From NCBI RefSeq assembly GCF_018977255.1, contig NW_024704742.1, positions 93,126,001 to 93,190,000 of the forward strand: a DNA stretch of 64,000 bases, in the 5' to 3' direction. Of the stretch, positions 60,996 to 64,000 are shown one piece after another. This stretch comes from Callorhinchus milii. Its lineage: Eukaryota. The position numbers were made by a program, and so were the translations under genes. Numbering within the stretch: position 1 is the stretch's first letter; each line of letters starts with the position of its first letter. The notes beneath the pieces are model-generated. The model worked only from the letters and a program-made list of their open reading frames with translations, was not told the origin of the DNA and ran no database searches.

Positions 60996-63674
60996 TGTGC
61001 ATCTTGATTGAATACCCTGCCAATGTTTAGACGTACACATTAAGAATAGCGATTCAGACGAGATGCCCATGGGCTACCGGCAGCTGTGAAGCCACATCCG
61101 AGGAAGGAGTCAGTGCTTGCGGGAGAGTAGGTAGGGACATAGTTGGCACTGAAAACAATCAGATTGGACTTGAATCTAGTGGAACAACAAACAAACAGCT
61201 CGGCTGGTGCTCAGCACTTAAAGAGTTCATGAGCCCCAGGTGAAATACCATCTGTATCACTCTGTGACTAATGAGACTCTGATACTATAGGTGACAGATG
61301 GCAACAAGATTCATTTTCAGATGAAACGGTAACTCCGCTGAGCCATCTAATAGTGCACTATGGCAACGTGTGATGAGACAGTGCACAATGAAAAAGGCAA
61401 GAACTATTTTTATATTCACAGCTGAAAAATAATTAACCACATGCAAATTATCAATTATAACAACATATTCAACAATTATACTTCAGGCACATTTCTAGTG
61501 AATGTGAGGAGTAGACTTCACAGAATGGTGGTGGAGTCAGATTGTGTCAGCAAATTCAAGACGGAATTAGATAGCTATTTGGCAAAGGAATCAATTGGAC
61601 TGCATGACACAATAGTGCAGGATTATTATGTTTTATTTGGGGACCAAATGATCCTTCTGGTCTCATACATTCCTAGTCTCGTGCTTACTCCTATCATCAC
61701 AACATCACAAAATTGGCTCAATTGAAGAAGGCCCTTCAGTCCATTTGATCTCATCCTTCCACGATAGGTTTCAGCCTTGCTTGCTTGGTAGCATTCTCAC
61801 CTCAGGATCATAAGGTTGTGGATTCAGGCCCCAAGCTGGGCTTTGAGCTCATTTTATAGACTGATATTCTAATTGTCAGAGGTGAAAGGAGTGCTCTACT
61901 TAGACTCTTATTAAGAAATCCCATTAAAAAAAATTGCATTCTTTTGCAGGTTGCTTTTTATTCAAACTAACTGGTCTGCTTGCCTATATAACATGCATTT
62001 CATTTCTGATTATTATCATTTTGTAAAGCCCTTAAAGACAATCTTTTGAGCCCTATGTAAATGTAAATTATTATTGCTGCACTTGTCACATTTTGTCCAA
62101 AACATTTGCTATTTCTTCCCAGTTGCATTTTTTACAGCTTGGAAATACTGTGCCTGTTTTTTATTCTCTTCACTTTTCATCTGCCAGCTGTTGGCGATGC
62201 ACTGAGGTTGTCTGGTAGTTGTTCTGGTAACAAGCAGGTGAGCTGTGAGCTGAAACCCATTTGTCTAACTTTGCTCTCACCCTGTCAGTTGCAGACAAAC
62301 AGACATTTTCAGCGCATTAATGAGGCCTTTTAGCCCATCAATTCTGTGCCATTGTTGGCTACATTTCCAAATCAACTTCCTTTTTATTAATCCCACTCTC
62401 CACTTGCTTTCCACATATCCCCTATTGTTTTTTTTTAATCACCCAGCTGCTTAAATTGCCTTTTGAGTAGTTCTATTCATCTAACCTCAACAGCCGCTTG
62501 TGGCAGTAAATTCCAAACCCTATCAGTCCTCTGGGTGCAGAAATTCTGTCTAATCTCCCCCTTAATTTTTTTTGAGCAATCCCAAGGCTCCTTGTAACTG
62601 AATGGAGGATATGAAAAACTGCTGAAGTTATACAGAGGATTTGGCGGTTTGCATCCTATAAATCACTCAGTTATGCAATTGAATGATTCTCCCCCACTAC
62701 AGGACCAATTGAGTTCTGTCGGCCAAAAAATCTGGATTTGTTTTCTTGTAAAAATACTCATCACAGAAATGTGTGCAATTTATGCATCTAATTCATATAT
62801 ATTTTTAAAAAGTTTAAAAATTATTTTGAAACATTCTAGCTATTGGGTGCTAATATTGTTGGTTACTAATGTAAGAGCTGGAGACACAGGGAGAATTGTG
62901 CAGAGTTATTGAGCAGAGATGCACATGTCTAGCTGAGGATGTGGATATAAGACAGAACTGTGGGGATGGTGTAGTTACTGAGCAGAGTTTGTTCACGTGT
63001 GACTGGGGACTGTGTTGGTGATGCATATTTCCTGTCATCAGGTTCATGACTCAATTGACACCTTCATCTTTACTGACACAGTTGGAGGCCCCATGAGTCA
63101 AGTAAAGTTCCAATGATCACTCGTGGCAAGCATAAGCTACCACACAAACAAACCACTAGTACAGGCCACAGCTATAATTCATCTTTTATAAAACAATTTC
63201 TGAAAAAGATAAATGCGTTGAGACAAATGAAATCTTGAGCATTGTATATAAGCCTTTCACAACAGTCATTTTTTTGTCAGTTTTTCTCTCATCCACAGTA
63301 TCTGGAAGGATGAGATCAAATGGTCTGAAGAGCTTTCTTCATCCAAATCTCTCTTGTGATCTCTTTCAAAGGAAGGGAGGCAAGATCGAAAAACATGCAG
63401 ACATCTCCAAAAGCACCATCAATAACACTCTTCATAAGTACTTCCACCTTATTAAATCTCTGCATTGTAATCATAAGTCCCATCAATAATTAATATGTTT
63501 TAAAAATATCACTTAAGAAATGTGAATCATATCATAATCTTTGTGAAACAATAACAACTTTTATTTACATAATTGCCTTTCATGTGAAAGAACCTGTCAA
63601 AGAGCTTGACAAAGGTAGAGGTGGACTCTAAGGAAAGCAAGAGATTTAAAGATATTGACTAAAGGCAAGGTTGA

Positions 63675-64000
63675 ATCATAGAATCATAGAGTTATACAGC
63701 ACAGGAGGAGGCCATTCGGCCCATCATGTCATACCAGCTCTTTTAAAAGAGCTATCCAAATCAATCCACTCTCCCGCTCTCCCCATAGCCCTGCAAACTC
63801 GTCCTCCCCAAATAATTATAATAATAATCCTTGCATTTGATATAGCGCTTTTCACGTCTTCTAGACATCTCAAAGTGCTTCACAGAATATACTGTAAAGT
63901 GAATTGACTGTATATTTGTGGGCGAAACGTGGCAGCCAATTGCACATAGCAGTGTCCCACAAACAGACATGGATTGAAATGACCAATTTATTATTGTTTT
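63675..64000 (-). mobile_element. CR1 3' end (63675-63818) abutting a SINE tail (63810-64000)
   Basis: ATCATAGAATCATAGAG...GGCCATTCGGCCCATC followed by (AAT)n CCTTGCATTTGATATAGCGC. Confidence 0.85.

Noticed and set aside
56331..64000. Further upstream kelch exons
   Set aside because: The donor-like sites I checked (e.g. ~57420, ~57765, ~59725) gave stops or non-kelch peptides in the required phase. The exons are probably outside the window, though I may have missed one.

Overview
Eukaryotic (vertebrate) genomic DNA, AT-rich and repeat-dense. The repeats (tRNA-headed SINEs with L2-type tails and (ATT)n ends, Deu-domain SINEs, L2 and CR1 LINEs, a Penelope-like end) suggest a cartilaginous fish, probably a chimaera; this is an inference. 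Almost all ORF-track entries are spurious. By hand-splicing I found one protein-coding gene: 11 minus-strand exons (56330 down to 27275) with GT-AG junctions, encoding three kelch repeats, a linker and a C-terminal coiled coil ending ...LLSIMQQFKGM*. I could not find its 5' exons, and its penultimate exon appears to be 1 nt short (frameshift). A CpG-island promoter-like region with NRF1/ETS/GC-box motifs lies at about 5.57-6.46 kb. It is bracketed by an inverted pair of a ~90-bp unclassified element. The left copy is split by ~3.8 kb of tandem repeat: a palindromic 16-bp minisatellite that resembles the element's own core, plus a 3.5-kb G/T tract with an N gap that may be partly an assembly artefact. 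Also present: a decayed full-length hAT transposon nested in an LTR-like element, a second copy of that LTR-like family, RTE/RTEX-like LINE fragments and several hairpins. No CRISPR, rRNA or genuine tRNA genes were seen.
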